Source: a virus
Reading direction: 5' to 3' (one strand)
IMG/VR virus record: IMGVR_UViG_3300050821_005171
Location: 14,701-78,700 of that record
Length of the DNA: 64,000 bases
A program made the position numbers and the translations under genes. Under the pieces are notes generated by a model, which was not told the origin of the DNA, ran no database searches, and saw only the letters and a list, made by a program, of their open reading frames with translations. Below, piece by piece: positions 9,412 to 18,970 of this stretch. Every line of letters starts with the position of its first letter. Positions within the stretch are counted from its first letter, which is position 1.

Positions 9412-9536
9412 ATGCGGACAATTATTGCACAGTGCGTTGCCAACCAACAACTTCGGATCGGTTTGCCTTGTCGATTCTGGTAATATCAACTCGTAGATTT
9501 TCTGAATCTGTTGGGTAGTTTTGAGAGGACCTTACC

Positions 9537-9890
9537 ATGAAATTTCTGATCGTTTCGATTGCCGCTCTTGCCTGCCTGCTGCTGGGCACGTCCCAGGTCC
9601 AGGCCCACCATCACCGACATTGTTGCTGCCAGCGCGTGACTGTCTGCGTCGCGGTTCCGGCCTGCCCGTGTGGTGCTGTTTGCAACTGCGGCGCAACGTG
9701 CCCGTGTCCCGGATGTCCAGTGCATCACCCCGAGAACGTCGCTCCGGCGTGCTCAGCACCATCGTGCAATACAGGCCCAGTCGTCGCGACGCCTGCGATC
9801 GTGAAGCCGAAAGTTGTCGCGCCAGTTCCTGAGACGGCAACGCACCACGTCCACCAGAAGCAAAACCCGACCAACCGCACGAGGCACTAA
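9537..9890 (+). CDS. Secreted His/Cys-rich (metallothionein-like) protein
   Basis: Signal peptide, then HHHRHCCC...CPCGAVCNCGATCPCPGCPVHH. Confidence 0.65.
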   Translation: MKFLIVSIAALACLLLGTSQVQAHHHRHCCCQRVTVCVAVPACPCGAVCNCGATCPCPGCPVHHPENVAPACSAPSCNTGPVVATPAIVKPKVVAPVPETATHHVHQKQNPTNRTRH

Positions 9891-10005
9891 ACACAAACAG
9901 CGTCACAACTTATCCACTGTAACGCCGAGCTGAACCCGTAACGAATCCACCATCTCTTCGGTGCGGGCCGGCAAGGACAAACAAAAGGACTGGAACCACG
10001 ATGCG

Positions 10006-10344
10006 ATGGACGCAGCAACCAAAGCGCGCCTCTGGATTCTCGCTTCGAGCTTCGCTATCGCAGCGTTCGCCGGGATGGCGGCGTACCTGCGAGTCGCCAA
10101 GTGGGACCGCAGAAAGCTGCCAGAACTGGCAATGGGAGCCGCCTCCGCCCTAGCCAATGGCGGCTGCATCGGCATCATCGCATGTGCTTTCTGCTATTGG
10201 AAATACAACGGCGAACCGGATATGTTCGTCGTGTTCGGGTCAAGTTCCGCCCTCGGGCTTGGCGGATTAGAGATGGTCAACTTCGTACTCAGGATCGTCC
10301 AGCATCACATGACGCTGACGCCGGGCGATCGGGAGAAGAAATGA
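10006..10344 (+). CDS. Holin-like membrane protein (3 TM)
   Basis: Three hydrophobic segments with charged C-terminus; LydA-like holin pattern. Confidence 0.55.
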   Translation: MDAATKARLWILASSFAIAAFAGMAAYLRVAKWDRRKLPELAMGAASALANGGCIGIIACAFCYWKYNGEPDMFVVFGSSSALGLGGLEMVNFVLRIVQHHMTLTPGDREKK

Positions 10345-10880
10345 TGAGCCCGACGCTTCCCAGAAAGCTGTCTCTGGCCTCGATGGTGCTGTCGGTTACC
10401 ACGGCCATCGGCCTGGGCATCCTGTTCAACGCTCGCGAGAACGACCGCCGCGAGAATCAGGCTGCTGCCAGACTGGCGACCGACGTCAAGAAACAGGCGT
10501 CCGCCCAGGGAAACCTGATTAACACCATCCTATTCGCAACGGACCTCGCGATTGTCACGGTGAGCGATAAGGGCGACATCGTTGGCTGGAATGAGGGGGC
10601 TGTCCGCAAGTTCGGCTATACCCAAGCAGACATGATTGGAAAGTCCCTCGGCACCCTGATGCCGGATGCCCAAAGCGCTGATCGTCACAAGCGGGCGTTT
10701 AACGACCACACAGTAACCGATTGGGTGCGTCGAGGGATTGCAATGGATTGCACAATGCCCACTAAAAGCGGCGGAAAAAGGCACGTCCTGGTATTCGCCT
10801 ACGAAATCGACCAGCCGCCAGCCAAGTTTGCGGCTATCATCCATACCCCGGCGTTCGTGGTGATCAAGGACAAGGGATAG
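10341..10880 (+). CDS. Membrane-anchored PAS-domain protein
   Basis: N-terminal TM, then AIVTVSDKGDIVGWNEGAVRKFGYTQADMIGKSLGTLMP (PAS signature). No kinase domain. Confidence 0.75.
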   Translation: MMSPTLPRKLSLASMVLSVTTAIGLGILFNARENDRRENQAAARLATDVKKQASAQGNLINTILFATDLAIVTVSDKGDIVGWNEGAVRKFGYTQADMIGKSLGTLMPDAQSADRHKRAFNDHTVTDWVRRGIAMDCTMPTKSGGKRHVLVFAYEIDQPPAKFAAIIHTPAFVVIKDKG

Positions 10881-10901
10881 TGGAAGCGGCGGGCCACATG
10901 A

Positions 10902-11399
10902 ATGAAGAACGAAGACGGCGGTTGGACCATCCGGACGCTGCGTAAGTTTTCCATCCAGCAGATCAGAAACCTTGAGAAATATGTTGCGAGGCGGTTCAAG
11001 GACCTTGAGAAGCGGCTCGACCAACGGTGGTCTTCTGACCAGACAGCGATCAGTAAGGTCAATGAAATCCGGCAAGTAGTGAGTGACCTCGGGAACCGAA
11101 TCGAGAGAATGGTCAGTCGCGACGAGATGAATACTCGCATCACCTCGGTGGAAAGCCTGCTCAAAGAAGCGGCGAACACCGCGAAGGCGGCCACGGACGG
11201 CCATTTCTCAATTAACCGGGAGAAGATTGAAAAGAATGAGGCCGCTCTCGGGGCACTGTCGAAGGATGTCACTGAGCTTAAAACCAAGAGCGGCACCGTT
11301 GAGACGGGTTCGCAAAAGATATGGGAGCGAGCCGGTGTAATTATCAGCTTGGCAGTCGCCATAGCCGCGCTGGTGTCGGCATTCTGGAATAGGAAGTGA
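10902..11399 (+). CDS. Coiled-coil protein with C-terminal TM
   Basis: Heptad-rich body; C-terminal hydrophobic helix. Confidence 0.65.
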   Translation: MKNEDGGWTIRTLRKFSIQQIRNLEKYVARRFKDLEKRLDQRWSSDQTAISKVNEIRQVVSDLGNRIERMVSRDEMNTRITSVESLLKEAANTAKAATDGHFSINREKIEKNEAALGALSKDVTELKTKSGTVETGSQKIWERAGVIISLAVAIAALVSAFWNRK

Positions 11400-11403
11400 A
11401 CCC

Positions 11404-11613
11404 ATGAAGGCCGCCACTAAAAATACCCCAGAAATTCAGGAAGCCAGGGCGGTCATCGTGATGCTACTTAACGACCCGCACGGCAACTTCGGCAGCTTGC
11501 AAGTCGTCAGGGAATGCGCGAAGGGCGGCTGCCATCCTCGCGATTGCGAGAATGCTCGTCGGGTGCTCCGCGTCCTCGGGGAGAGCTGGGAAGAAGAATT
11601 GGAGGAGCGATAG
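11404..11613 (+). CDS. Hypothetical protein
   Basis: 69 aa, tightly packed in operon. Confidence 0.5.
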   Translation: MKAATKNTPEIQEARAVIVMLLNDPHGNFGSLQVVRECAKGGCHPRDCENARRVLRVLGESWEEELEER

Positions 11614-11615
11614 CA

Positions 11616-11951
11616 GTGCCGGAATGGATCAGCGGACCTTGGGGAAAGTTTCTCGCATTCATCGCCACGTCGATCGTTTCCGGCGCTGTGGCAGCCGGAA
11701 CCACGGCGGTTCATTTCTACTACGAGACGAAACAGCAAATCGCGGTTCTCAAAGAGCAGATGACTGAAGTGCAGAACCGATTAGAGCTGAGAGTCGCCGC
11801 CAACGAGCGCAAGAGCCTGAAACACGAAGTTCAGATCGCATCGGTTGTCAGGAAGCAGGACCAGATATTCGGCAAAGAAGCCCCGGTGGGCGACGCGATG
11901 CCTCAATTTTCTCCGGTCTCGCCGCCAGCTCCCAGTAAAGGACCGCAATGA
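11616..11951 (+). CDS. TM + coiled-coil protein
   Basis: GTG start after GGAGGA; one TM then coiled coil. Confidence 0.6.
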   Translation: MPEWISGPWGKFLAFIATSIVSGAVAAGTTAVHFYYETKQQIAVLKEQMTEVQNRLELRVAANERKSLKHEVQIASVVRKQDQIFGKEAPVGDAMPQFSPVSPPAPSKGPQ

Positions 11952-12373
11952 ACACTGACGACACGACCAAGGCCGCCAACAAAATCGTGGCCTGGATTGG
12001 CGCGAACAAGACCCACGTCTTCGCCGTCGCCGGGGCAGCCCTAGCCGGGGCAGGCTACTTCCTCAAGATTCTGTCCTGGGAGCAGGCGGTCGCCGTCGCC
12101 ACCGCGTGCGGAGGGTTCTCGTGGTTGCAGAACATCACAAACACCCAAACTAAACAGATCAAAGAGGCAACCGGAGACCAAACCGAGCACCTAAACCTTG
12201 CGGCCGACCTGCGCGCCGATCACATCAACGAAGTGTCAGAAACTGCGGCAGCCGCAGCGGTTACCGCCATCCGACCGGACGTCCACGAGGAAGCGGCCCA
12301 CACAAAGATCAAGCAGGCGGTTGCTAAAAAGGTCACCAAACCGCATGCTCGCAAATATCACGAACATCCGTAA
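11948..12373 (+). CDS. Holin-like 2-TM protein
   Basis: NKTHVFAVAGAALAGAGYF...AVATACGGFSWL with basic C-terminus. Confidence 0.55.
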   Translation: MNTDDTTKAANKIVAWIGANKTHVFAVAGAALAGAGYFLKILSWEQAVAVATACGGFSWLQNITNTQTKQIKEATGDQTEHLNLAADLRADHINEVSETAAAAAVTAIRPDVHEEAAHTKIKQAVAKKVTKPHARKYHEHP

Positions 12374-12401
12374 CCGAACCACTAATTTTTAGGAAAGAAA
12401 A

Positions 12402-12866
12402 ATGTCCGGACCTGTTGGAGCGACCGTTATTGTCAATCCCACCACCTACAAGGAAATGCTGGCTCGCAACGAGTCAGTGTTCCTGAAACAGCACCATTTT
12501 TTCACCAGCGGAATTTTTGCCAGCCATTGGTTCCCGCTCGACAGCGAGGCCCAGTTTGACAGCCTGCATAAGTACGCTGCCAATGCCCTCGCCGCTCAGG
12601 GTTCCGTGGACTGGACGACTGTGGGACGCCCTGGCAATCTTCAGGTGGCCAATCCGCTCAGGGCCAAAGTCCTAGCGGCCGTCATCGCCGGAGAGTACCC
12701 GGGACAGGAAACTGTTTCGGTGCTTTTGTCCGACGCCTTTGAGCTGGTAATCGCGCTTTATCTCGGCGCAGTTCAGACCCAGCTTGCCACGGGCAACTAT
12801 GGGACCACGCCAGATCAGCAGTATGCCCAGGTCCAACTGTGGCAGAACCAAGCGAACGCGGCGTAG
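12402..12866 (+). CDS. Hypothetical protein (paralog of 13606-14130)
   Basis: Collinear similarity to 13606-14130. Confidence 0.6.
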   Translation: MSGPVGATVIVNPTTYKEMLARNESVFLKQHHFFTSGIFASHWFPLDSEAQFDSLHKYAANALAAQGSVDWTTVGRPGNLQVANPLRAKVLAAVIAGEYPGQETVSVLLSDAFELVIALYLGAVQTQLATGNYGTTPDQQYAQVQLWQNQANAA

Positions 12867-12911
12867 TTTCGGGAGCCCTCATTTTCAGGAATCACGATCG
12901 GCCGCAATTTA

Positions 12912-13397
12912 ATGCCCCGGACAATCCAATGTCTGCCCATGTTCCTGTTGGTGCTAATGCCAATGACTTCTCCGGCACTAGCAGGACAGGGCCGGCAGGA
13001 GATCGTGATTGAAGTCAATCACAACAGGACCGCAGTCTGCAATTGGATCGAGCTTAAGCACCGGCTTGTCGAGGAGAGCACCGGGGCCAAGGTGGTAGCG
13101 ATCGACTACAGCACAGTGATCTTCTCGAAGGAAACTAAATACGGACTAGAGGTGTTCAATCTCCGCAGGTATGGAAGCCTCGGAGATTACCGGGGAAGGT
13201 TCACTTCTAGCCTTCGTGGCAACCTGAGAGACTTCGGATATCGAATTGTCGTCAGCCCGATCTCTGACACTAAAAGCGAAATCCGAATCTTGATGATCGC
13301 CACCTGTGAAGAAACCAGCTCGGTGGCAGTGAATATCGAGCTGCGTAAGTCATTGCGTTTGATGCGAGAGTTTTTGACGCAACATCTTGTGAATTGA
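12912..13397 (+). CDS. Secreted hypothetical protein
   Basis: Signal peptide ending in ALA. Confidence 0.6.
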   Translation: MPRTIQCLPMFLLVLMPMTSPALAGQGRQEIVIEVNHNRTAVCNWIELKHRLVEESTGAKVVAIDYSTVIFSKETKYGLEVFNLRRYGSLGDYRGRFTSSLRGNLRDFGYRIVVSPISDTKSEIRILMIATCEETSSVAVNIELRKSLRLMREFLTQHLVN

Positions 13398-13405
13398 GGT
13401 GTGAG

Positions 13406-13585
13406 ATGCCAAAGGGAATTCTGTTCTGGGTGCTCATGTTGCTGACCCTGATCTTTGGCGTTTTTTGGAACTATCGCGTTCCGGCCGGGCAGCAGCCGAA
13501 CTATGGCGTGCTCGGAATGAACCTGCTCAACTGGGTGCTTCTGGCGCTTCTCGGTTGGGCGGTGTTCGGCTTTGCAATTCAATAG
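13406..13585 (+). CDS. Small 2-TM membrane protein
   Basis: MPKGILFWVLMLL...LLALLGWAVFGFAIQ; SD GAGGTG. Confidence 0.65.
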   Translation: MPKGILFWVLMLLTLIFGVFWNYRVPAGQQPNYGVLGMNLLNWVLLALLGWAVFGFAIQ

Positions 13586-13605
13586 CCACGAGCCCGGACC
13601 TGACG

Positions 13606-14130
13606 ATGAAGTCGTATATCGCTATGCTCCAGCAGACCAAGCCCGAATACCTGAAGCACAATGCGCATTGGTGGAACCTCGGGACCCCCAACTATGGCCA
13701 GCTTGGGGATGAGCACACGTTCAACCGTTGGCACTCTGCCGCAACTCAGGCAATCGCTAAGTATGTGGCGCAGGGACATTCGCTCAACTGGACGCCGGGC
13801 CTGACGTCCTATTGCGCGGCCCTCGTGGGAGTCAAGGGTGACACCAACGCTCTGGGCGACCATACCGCATACGGATTGACGCCGAATGAGTGGAAGATCA
13901 TTGAGTTGGCCTTTGAAGCGATTGTCACGATCGCCATTGTCTTGCTTTTTCCGCCGCTAGGAATCATCGCCGGATTCGTTGCCGAGGCGGCCTGGATCAT
14001 TTGTAAATTCCTGGTGGCGTTAATCATCGCAAATCTGGCCATCGATGTTCTAAGCGGCGCCTATGGGGTCGGCGGTCAAGATTACTCGTCCCAGCTCACA
14101 TCGTGGGCGCAAGAGGCCCCTGCTGTATGA
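13606..14130 (+). CDS. Membrane protein (paralog of 12402-12866 with a hydrophobic hairpin)
   Basis: Probable start ATG 13606; long hydrophobic stretch. Confidence 0.6.
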   Translation: MKSYIAMLQQTKPEYLKHNAHWWNLGTPNYGQLGDEHTFNRWHSAATQAIAKYVAQGHSLNWTPGLTSYCAALVGVKGDTNALGDHTAYGLTPNEWKIIELAFEAIVTIAIVLLFPPLGIIAGFVAEAAWIICKFLVALIIANLAIDVLSGAYGVGGQDYSSQLTSWAQEAPAV

Positions 14131-14522
14131 GCAAGCTCGCAACAGTCGTGTTCGTCGCCGCCGTCTGCATCACCATCGTCCACCTTCGTTCAGGGAACCT
14201 CTCCGATCCAGTCCCGGGCCCAGCCCCGATAGTCACAAACAGCCAGGGCGGATTGGCACTCAAGAAGTTCGGCCAGGACGCTGCCAAGGCTTATTTTGAG
14301 CTGGAACGACGCACCAAGTTGCCCAAGGGCGACCCGCAAAAGTTCAAGAGCTTCGGTGAGCAGAAGTCTTTCCTGAAAGCCCAGGGAGCCGTTGCAGACG
14401 AGGACGCTTTCGGCCCTCTCGCCGACCGACTCTCTAAGGCGATGGGCGAAAAATACGACGAGGACAAGCTGGCTGCTGAAGAGCACAAAATCGGCCAGGA
14501 GCTGCTTGATGCCAGCAAGTAG
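14127..14522 (+). CDS. Signal-anchored protein
   Basis: N-terminal hydrophobic helix, PDPVPGPAP-like linker, helical domain. Confidence 0.6.
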   Translation: MSKLATVVFVAAVCITIVHLRSGNLSDPVPGPAPIVTNSQGGLALKKFGQDAAKAYFELERRTKLPKGDPQKFKSFGEQKSFLKAQGAVADEDAFGPLADRLSKAMGEKYDEDKLAAEEHKIGQELLDASK

Positions 14523-14730
14523 CGGCACGCCATTCGGCAAAGTACGACTGCTTATCAAGAAGGCCAAAGAGACTCCGGATGGCGCTCACGAGAAATACGT
14601 GGCACTGGCACAACTGAGAACGATAGCGGCGGCACTGATCGAGGCCGCTCCGCACGATGCCCTGATCGAGTTTTGTGAGTTCCTCTGCAAATACAGAGAG
14701 CGAATGGATGCTGCAAATACTGCTCGCTGA
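14509..14730 (+). CDS. Hypothetical protein
   Basis: Fills gap in operon, coupled at both ends. Confidence 0.4.
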   Translation: MPASSGTPFGKVRLLIKKAKETPDGAHEKYVALAQLRTIAAALIEAAPHDALIEFCEFLCKYRERMDAANTAR

Positions 14731-15163
14731 CGTCACGATCCCGATCCACTGGCCCGCTGGCGGCATTCTTAACCAGCACACGATCACGATCATGCTCTTG
14801 GGCGGAGCGGCGGCGTGGGGCGTCCTGGCGATCCACAATGCGTTTGGGCACGGCAAGAGCTTATTGGAGTCCATCACGCTCGGGATCGTGTCGGCCGAGT
14901 CGCTGCTCGAAGCTGCGTCGAAGGTTTGGCCGGCGGCCAAGGGCGGCGCCACAGAAGCCGAGAGGGATGCGGCTATTGCGTTGCGAGTGTTGCAGATTCT
15001 TGAGCAGCAACGGCAGCAGCCCGACGCTCCCCCTGGACCAGATCAGAAAATACTCCCTAAGCCTTCCCCAGCACCGGACCCCGGCCCGCTCAACCCTCCG
15101 GCAGTGACCCCACAACACGCCGCGTATCTGGCCAATCAAGCTGCACATCAAACCGTCCTGTGA
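14708..15163 (+). CDS. Membrane protein with Pro-rich tail
   Basis: TM segment(s), Pro-rich C-terminus. Confidence 0.55.
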   Translation: MLQILLADVTIPIHWPAGGILNQHTITIMLLGGAAAWGVLAIHNAFGHGKSLLESITLGIVSAESLLEAASKVWPAAKGGATEAERDAAIALRVLQILEQQRQQPDAPPGPDQKILPKPSPAPDPGPLNPPAVTPQHAAYLANQAAHQTVL

Positions 15164-15172
15164 GGTGATGTC

Positions 15173-16021
15173 TTGGCGCGAACTGACTTCTACCTGGGCT
15201 GGAACAAGGACCAGGAGCGGCGTGATCTGCTGTGGAAGAACCACACGCCGTTCGACTGGACGCGACTGAGGGCCGCATCGCCGCTGCCCGAGTTCGATCC
15301 GAGGCCGGTGCTCGCTCCACCAAAAGATCAGATGCAGACTTCGGAATGCGTGGCCTTCAGCGGGGCACTCCTTGGGGAATTGCTGAATTGGATCAAGACG
15401 CAGGGAGCGCTTATCCGATTCTCTGAGCCTCACCGCTACATTACTTCGCAAGAAAGGTCACAGCCACCAACAACAGGAAGCGATGACGGAGCCCTGATCC
15501 AAGGCTCGATTGATTCGATGCGCATGGATGGATTCGCGCTTTCAGAGACGATGCCATTCACTGGGTCTTACGTGCCCCAAGTGACACAAGCAGCGAGGGA
15601 TCAGGGACTACTTCACAAGATCAACAACTACGCCCATATTGATGGATATAATTCCGCCTTTACGTGGCTGTCTCTCGGCATTGGATGCATCCAAATTGGA
15701 ATTCCTGTCTGCGATTCTTTTATGCAGCTCACAGGCAAGGATTGCATCCTCGACGAAAGCGGATTCAAGGGATCGGTAAAGGGCGGACACGCCCTGGCAA
15801 TCATTGGATATGTTGCACGCAAGGACGCACAAGGGCGAAACTACCTGATCCTCCAAAATTCATGGGCAAGTGTCTGGGGTGACCAAGGATGCTGCCTAGT
15901 CGATCCAGCTACATTTGACCGCATTTGCAAGTCCCAAAAGTGCGAGGTCTGGGGGATCACCGATCTCACATCGTATGAAGATGCTTCAGGAAGGCTCGAT
16001 TTCTCGGGGTTTCACATCTAG
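15173..16021 (+). CDS. Papain-like cysteine peptidase (C1 family)
   Basis: PKDQMQTSECVAFS (oxyanion Gln, catalytic Cys), GGHALAIIGY (His), LQNSWASVWG (Asn). Confidence 0.9.
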   Translation: MARTDFYLGWNKDQERRDLLWKNHTPFDWTRLRAASPLPEFDPRPVLAPPKDQMQTSECVAFSGALLGELLNWIKTQGALIRFSEPHRYITSQERSQPPTTGSDDGALIQGSIDSMRMDGFALSETMPFTGSYVPQVTQAARDQGLLHKINNYAHIDGYNSAFTWLSLGIGCIQIGIPVCDSFMQLTGKDCILDESGFKGSVKGGHALAIIGYVARKDAQGRNYLILQNSWASVWGDQGCCLVDPATFDRICKSQKCEVWGITDLTSYEDASGRLDFSGFHI

Positions 16022-16089
16022 GCCAAAAACGAAGAGCAGGAGCGTTTCTACCGCCCTGCTCTTCCTGGACACCGAAAGGATTGTTTTCG

Positions 16090-16569
16090 ATGCCATTACA
16101 GAGGAATCGTATCCCACTTGCAGTCAGGTTCAAAAGGCACATCAGCGAACGGCTTCCGAACGGATGCATTTTATGGATAGGAACAGTTAACAGCCGAGGA
16201 TACGGATCGATCAATAACGGCTACGGAAAGATGCTCTATGCGCACCGCGTCGCCTGGGAACTGGCGAATGGCCCAATTCCGGCTGGACTTTTCGCCTGCC
16301 ATCGCTGCGATGTCCGACGCTGCGTGAATCCCGAGCATCTATTCCTTGGAACAGTCTCCGACAACCAAGCAGATATGGTTGCCAAGGGACGCAGCAACAG
16401 GGGCGAGAGGCACGGAAATGTCAGAGTCACCGAGCCGATCGTCCGAGAAATTCGGGCCAAATACGCGGCAGGCGGAATCACGATGGTCGAGCTTGCTATA
16501 GAGTATGGCGTTTGCAGAACGAACATCCTTCATATCGTGAACAGAAAATCCTGGAAACACGTAACCTGA
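16090..16569 (+). CDS. HNH homing endonuclease with C-terminal HTH
   Basis: CILWIG..GYG, YAHRVAW, CHRCDVRRCVNPEHLFLGT..DN motifs. Confidence 0.9.
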   Translation: MPLQRNRIPLAVRFKRHISERLPNGCILWIGTVNSRGYGSINNGYGKMLYAHRVAWELANGPIPAGLFACHRCDVRRCVNPEHLFLGTVSDNQADMVAKGRSNRGERHGNVRVTEPIVREIRAKYAAGGITMVELAIEYGVCRTNILHIVNRKSWKHVT

Positions 16570-17438
16570 TGTCCGCTCCGATCGACTGCATAGACTGTCG
16601 CCTGCTCCACGCCTGCTGCGTGATCGAGCGGATCGACTACGGCGCATCCAGCATCAATTGGACGGTGCCACCAGTCGACTTCTACGACAAGTCTGGCGAT
16701 GACGGCTGCCTGATCGGCTGCATCCCAGAAGGCGTCGTCGTGGCGTTTCGGGGGACCGAAGCGCCCAACGATTCGTCGGTTCCAGTTAAGCAGAGGCTGC
16801 TCGATTGGTGCTCAGATTTCGAGGCCAACCTTCGGCCGATGGGTACGCTGCCAGGGCTCGTTCACAACGGCTATGCCTCATCGCTTGAGGAACTGTGGCC
16901 GCAGATTGAAGCGAAGCTGATGGAGCTGCTGTCGCCAGGCGCGACAGTCTTCCTCACTGGACATTCAAAAGGCGGCGGAATGGCCGTTCTGGCAGCAGCA
17001 CGCCTCCACATGGAGTGCAGCCACTGGGCAACCGGCATGATCGATGTTGCGACATTCGCGTCCCCAAGGGCCGGAAACGACACGTTTGCCGCAGAGTTCA
17101 ACAAGGCTTTCCCTGCGTGCCGACGCTACGAATTTGGAAACGACCTAGTCGTGCATTTACCACCACACAGCAACGTCATGGCCCTCCTGAATATGTACGT
17201 TGGGGACTTTTCTCGCTGGATTGACGTCGATTACCAGTCGGTCGGCGAGCTAATCTACATAGCTAAAGATGGTGTGCCGGTCTTCAACACCCAGAGCGTC
17301 CGTGGAGAATGGCTGGCAGCCGAACGATTGGCCGGGATTACCGAAATGCTGGCCACCCTTAACTTTGAACAGATCGTGACAAATCACAGAATCGACGCGG
17401 GTTCCGGCTACATGAGAGGGGTTTGCCGAAATGAATAA
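16569..17438 (+). CDS. Class 3 lipase (alpha/beta hydrolase)
   Basis: VVAFRGT, VHNGY, FLTGHSKGG nucleophile elbow, DLVVHLPP and C-terminal His. Confidence 0.9.
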   Translation: MSAPIDCIDCRLLHACCVIERIDYGASSINWTVPPVDFYDKSGDDGCLIGCIPEGVVVAFRGTEAPNDSSVPVKQRLLDWCSDFEANLRPMGTLPGLVHNGYASSLEELWPQIEAKLMELLSPGATVFLTGHSKGGGMAVLAAARLHMECSHWATGMIDVATFASPRAGNDTFAAEFNKAFPACRRYEFGNDLVVHLPPHSNVMALLNMYVGDFSRWIDVDYQSVGELIYIAKDGVPVFNTQSVRGEWLAAERLAGITEMLATLNFEQIVTNHRIDAGSGYMRGVCRNE

Positions 17439-18729
17439 GACAGGAGTTCTTCTCGTCTGCGGAGTGCTCGCACTCGGCTATTGTCTGTTTTCCAAACCAA
17501 CCGAACAACCAGCCTCGGCCAGCCAAAGTGCGACCCCTGAGCAACAGGCTCAACCACAACCCAGCACATTCGACAAATTCATCGCCGATTGGCGCCCTGA
17601 ACATCGCGAGGAAACAAAAGCGCTCGGCCCGGTGAAAGACGCACCCAAAGAGCCGGAGGTCACGCTGCCTAAAGTGCAGGAACTGATCGAAAAGGCCGTC
17701 AAAGAGAAGGCCCAAGAAGACAAGCCTGTGATGCAGGTGATCCCGCAGGCAGAGCCGAAACCACACCATTCAGCGGCCACGAGAAAGATGAGCCGATCCG
17801 AGAGGCTCCTGCACGTTCCGGATGATCCGGCGCCTTCGGCATTTAAACTCACGGTGCTTGAAAAACGCGACATTCCCGTTGGATTCACCGGACCGGTGAT
17901 CTACTCGGCAAGTTGGTGTGAATGGTGCCCAGTTGAAAAACGGGACGTCAGGGCGGCCGGATATGCTTCCAAGTTCCGGATGGTCGAGTTGCGCAGTGAG
18001 TCCGAAGCCAAGTCCCGTCACATGGAAGAGTTGCCGGTCACAGTGTTCTTCCGGAATGGCATAGAGGTCGAGCGAACGACCGGCTACGACGGAACGCAGA
18101 AGCGACTCAACACGATTCTTCGCCACACGGACGCTCTATTCCGGGAAGCGTCATACACTCCACCGCCGGCACCTGGCGTCAAAGGTGACGCCCTCGATGA
18201 CGATCCTGTCGCTCCCGTCCAGCAACCATCATGCTCGACTCCCAAAGCTGCGCCACTGTCAGCCCCGCTTTGTTCGAGCCCGGCAAGCAGCATAGCTGCT
18301 TCGTGCTCGGCCCCTGCAACGACGTACACCGAAGTCCGTTCGTGCGCGACCCCTGACCACCCGGTTCTAGGCTATGTGGCCAACTCGGCTTCGTGTTCAA
18401 GCCCGTCCAGCAGCTACGCCTATGCCGCACCGTCGTGCTCCAGCCCGTCGAGCGTCGCCTATGCTTCGGCACCGGTCACGTATTCGTACGCGCTTCCGAC
18501 CTACAGTTATGCGGCTCCGAGTTGCAGCAGCCCGAGCTATTCGTATGGAGGCGGGAACTGTGGATCGCCCGGAGGTGGCGGTGGTGACGTGCTTGGATAC
18601 GGAGGAGGCTGGGGAAGAAATTACGGCTACTCGCCGAGCTACGGATATGGCGGTGGTTACGGAGGCGGATGGGGTGGCGGAGCATATGCCGGGAATTGTC
18701 CCGGAGGCGTCTGTTATCCTCGCTGGTAA
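17431..18729 (+). CDS. Membrane-anchored thioredoxin-like protein with Cys/Ser/Pro/Tyr/Gly repeat tail
   Basis: Signal anchor; SASWCEWCP CxxC and LPVTVFF cis-Pro loop; repeated xCxxP units (SCSTP, LCSSP, SCSAP, SCATP, SCSSP x3); ends NCPGGVCYPRW. Confidence 0.75.
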   Translation: MNKTGVLLVCGVLALGYCLFSKPTEQPASASQSATPEQQAQPQPSTFDKFIADWRPEHREETKALGPVKDAPKEPEVTLPKVQELIEKAVKEKAQEDKPVMQVIPQAEPKPHHSAATRKMSRSERLLHVPDDPAPSAFKLTVLEKRDIPVGFTGPVIYSASWCEWCPVEKRDVRAAGYASKFRMVELRSESEAKSRHMEELPVTVFFRNGIEVERTTGYDGTQKRLNTILRHTDALFREASYTPPPAPGVKGDALDDDPVAPVQQPSCSTPKAAPLSAPLCSSPASSIAASCSAPATTYTEVRSCATPDHPVLGYVANSASCSSPSSSYAYAAPSCSSPSSVAYASAPVTYSYALPTYSYAAPSCSSPSYSYGGGNCGSPGGGGGDVLGYGGGWGRNYGYSPSYGYGGGYGGGWGGGAYAGNCPGGVCYPRW

Positions 18730-18748
18730 AAACCAAGGGAACCAAACT

Positions 18749-18970
18749 GTGACGAAAAGCAAAGACTCCGACGCAGTGACGGCTGCCAAGATCACGGCGG
18801 CCAGCAACATCATCGTGGCATACGTCAACGCGGGAAACCAAGTTCGTTTGAGTGGCCACAGCGAGATCGATGTCCTGGAACATCGTGGGTTCACCGGCGA
18901 CCTGCACGACGTTGTTGAAGGCTCGATCGCGACTCTCAAAGAACACCTTTGCGGCGGCACGGAAGCATAA
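18749..18970 (+). CDS. Hypothetical protein
   Basis: GTG start after AAGGGA. Confidence 0.5.
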   Translation: MTKSKDSDAVTAAKITAASNIIVAYVNAGNQVRLSGHSEIDVLEHRGFTGDLHDVVEGSIATLKEHLCGGTEA

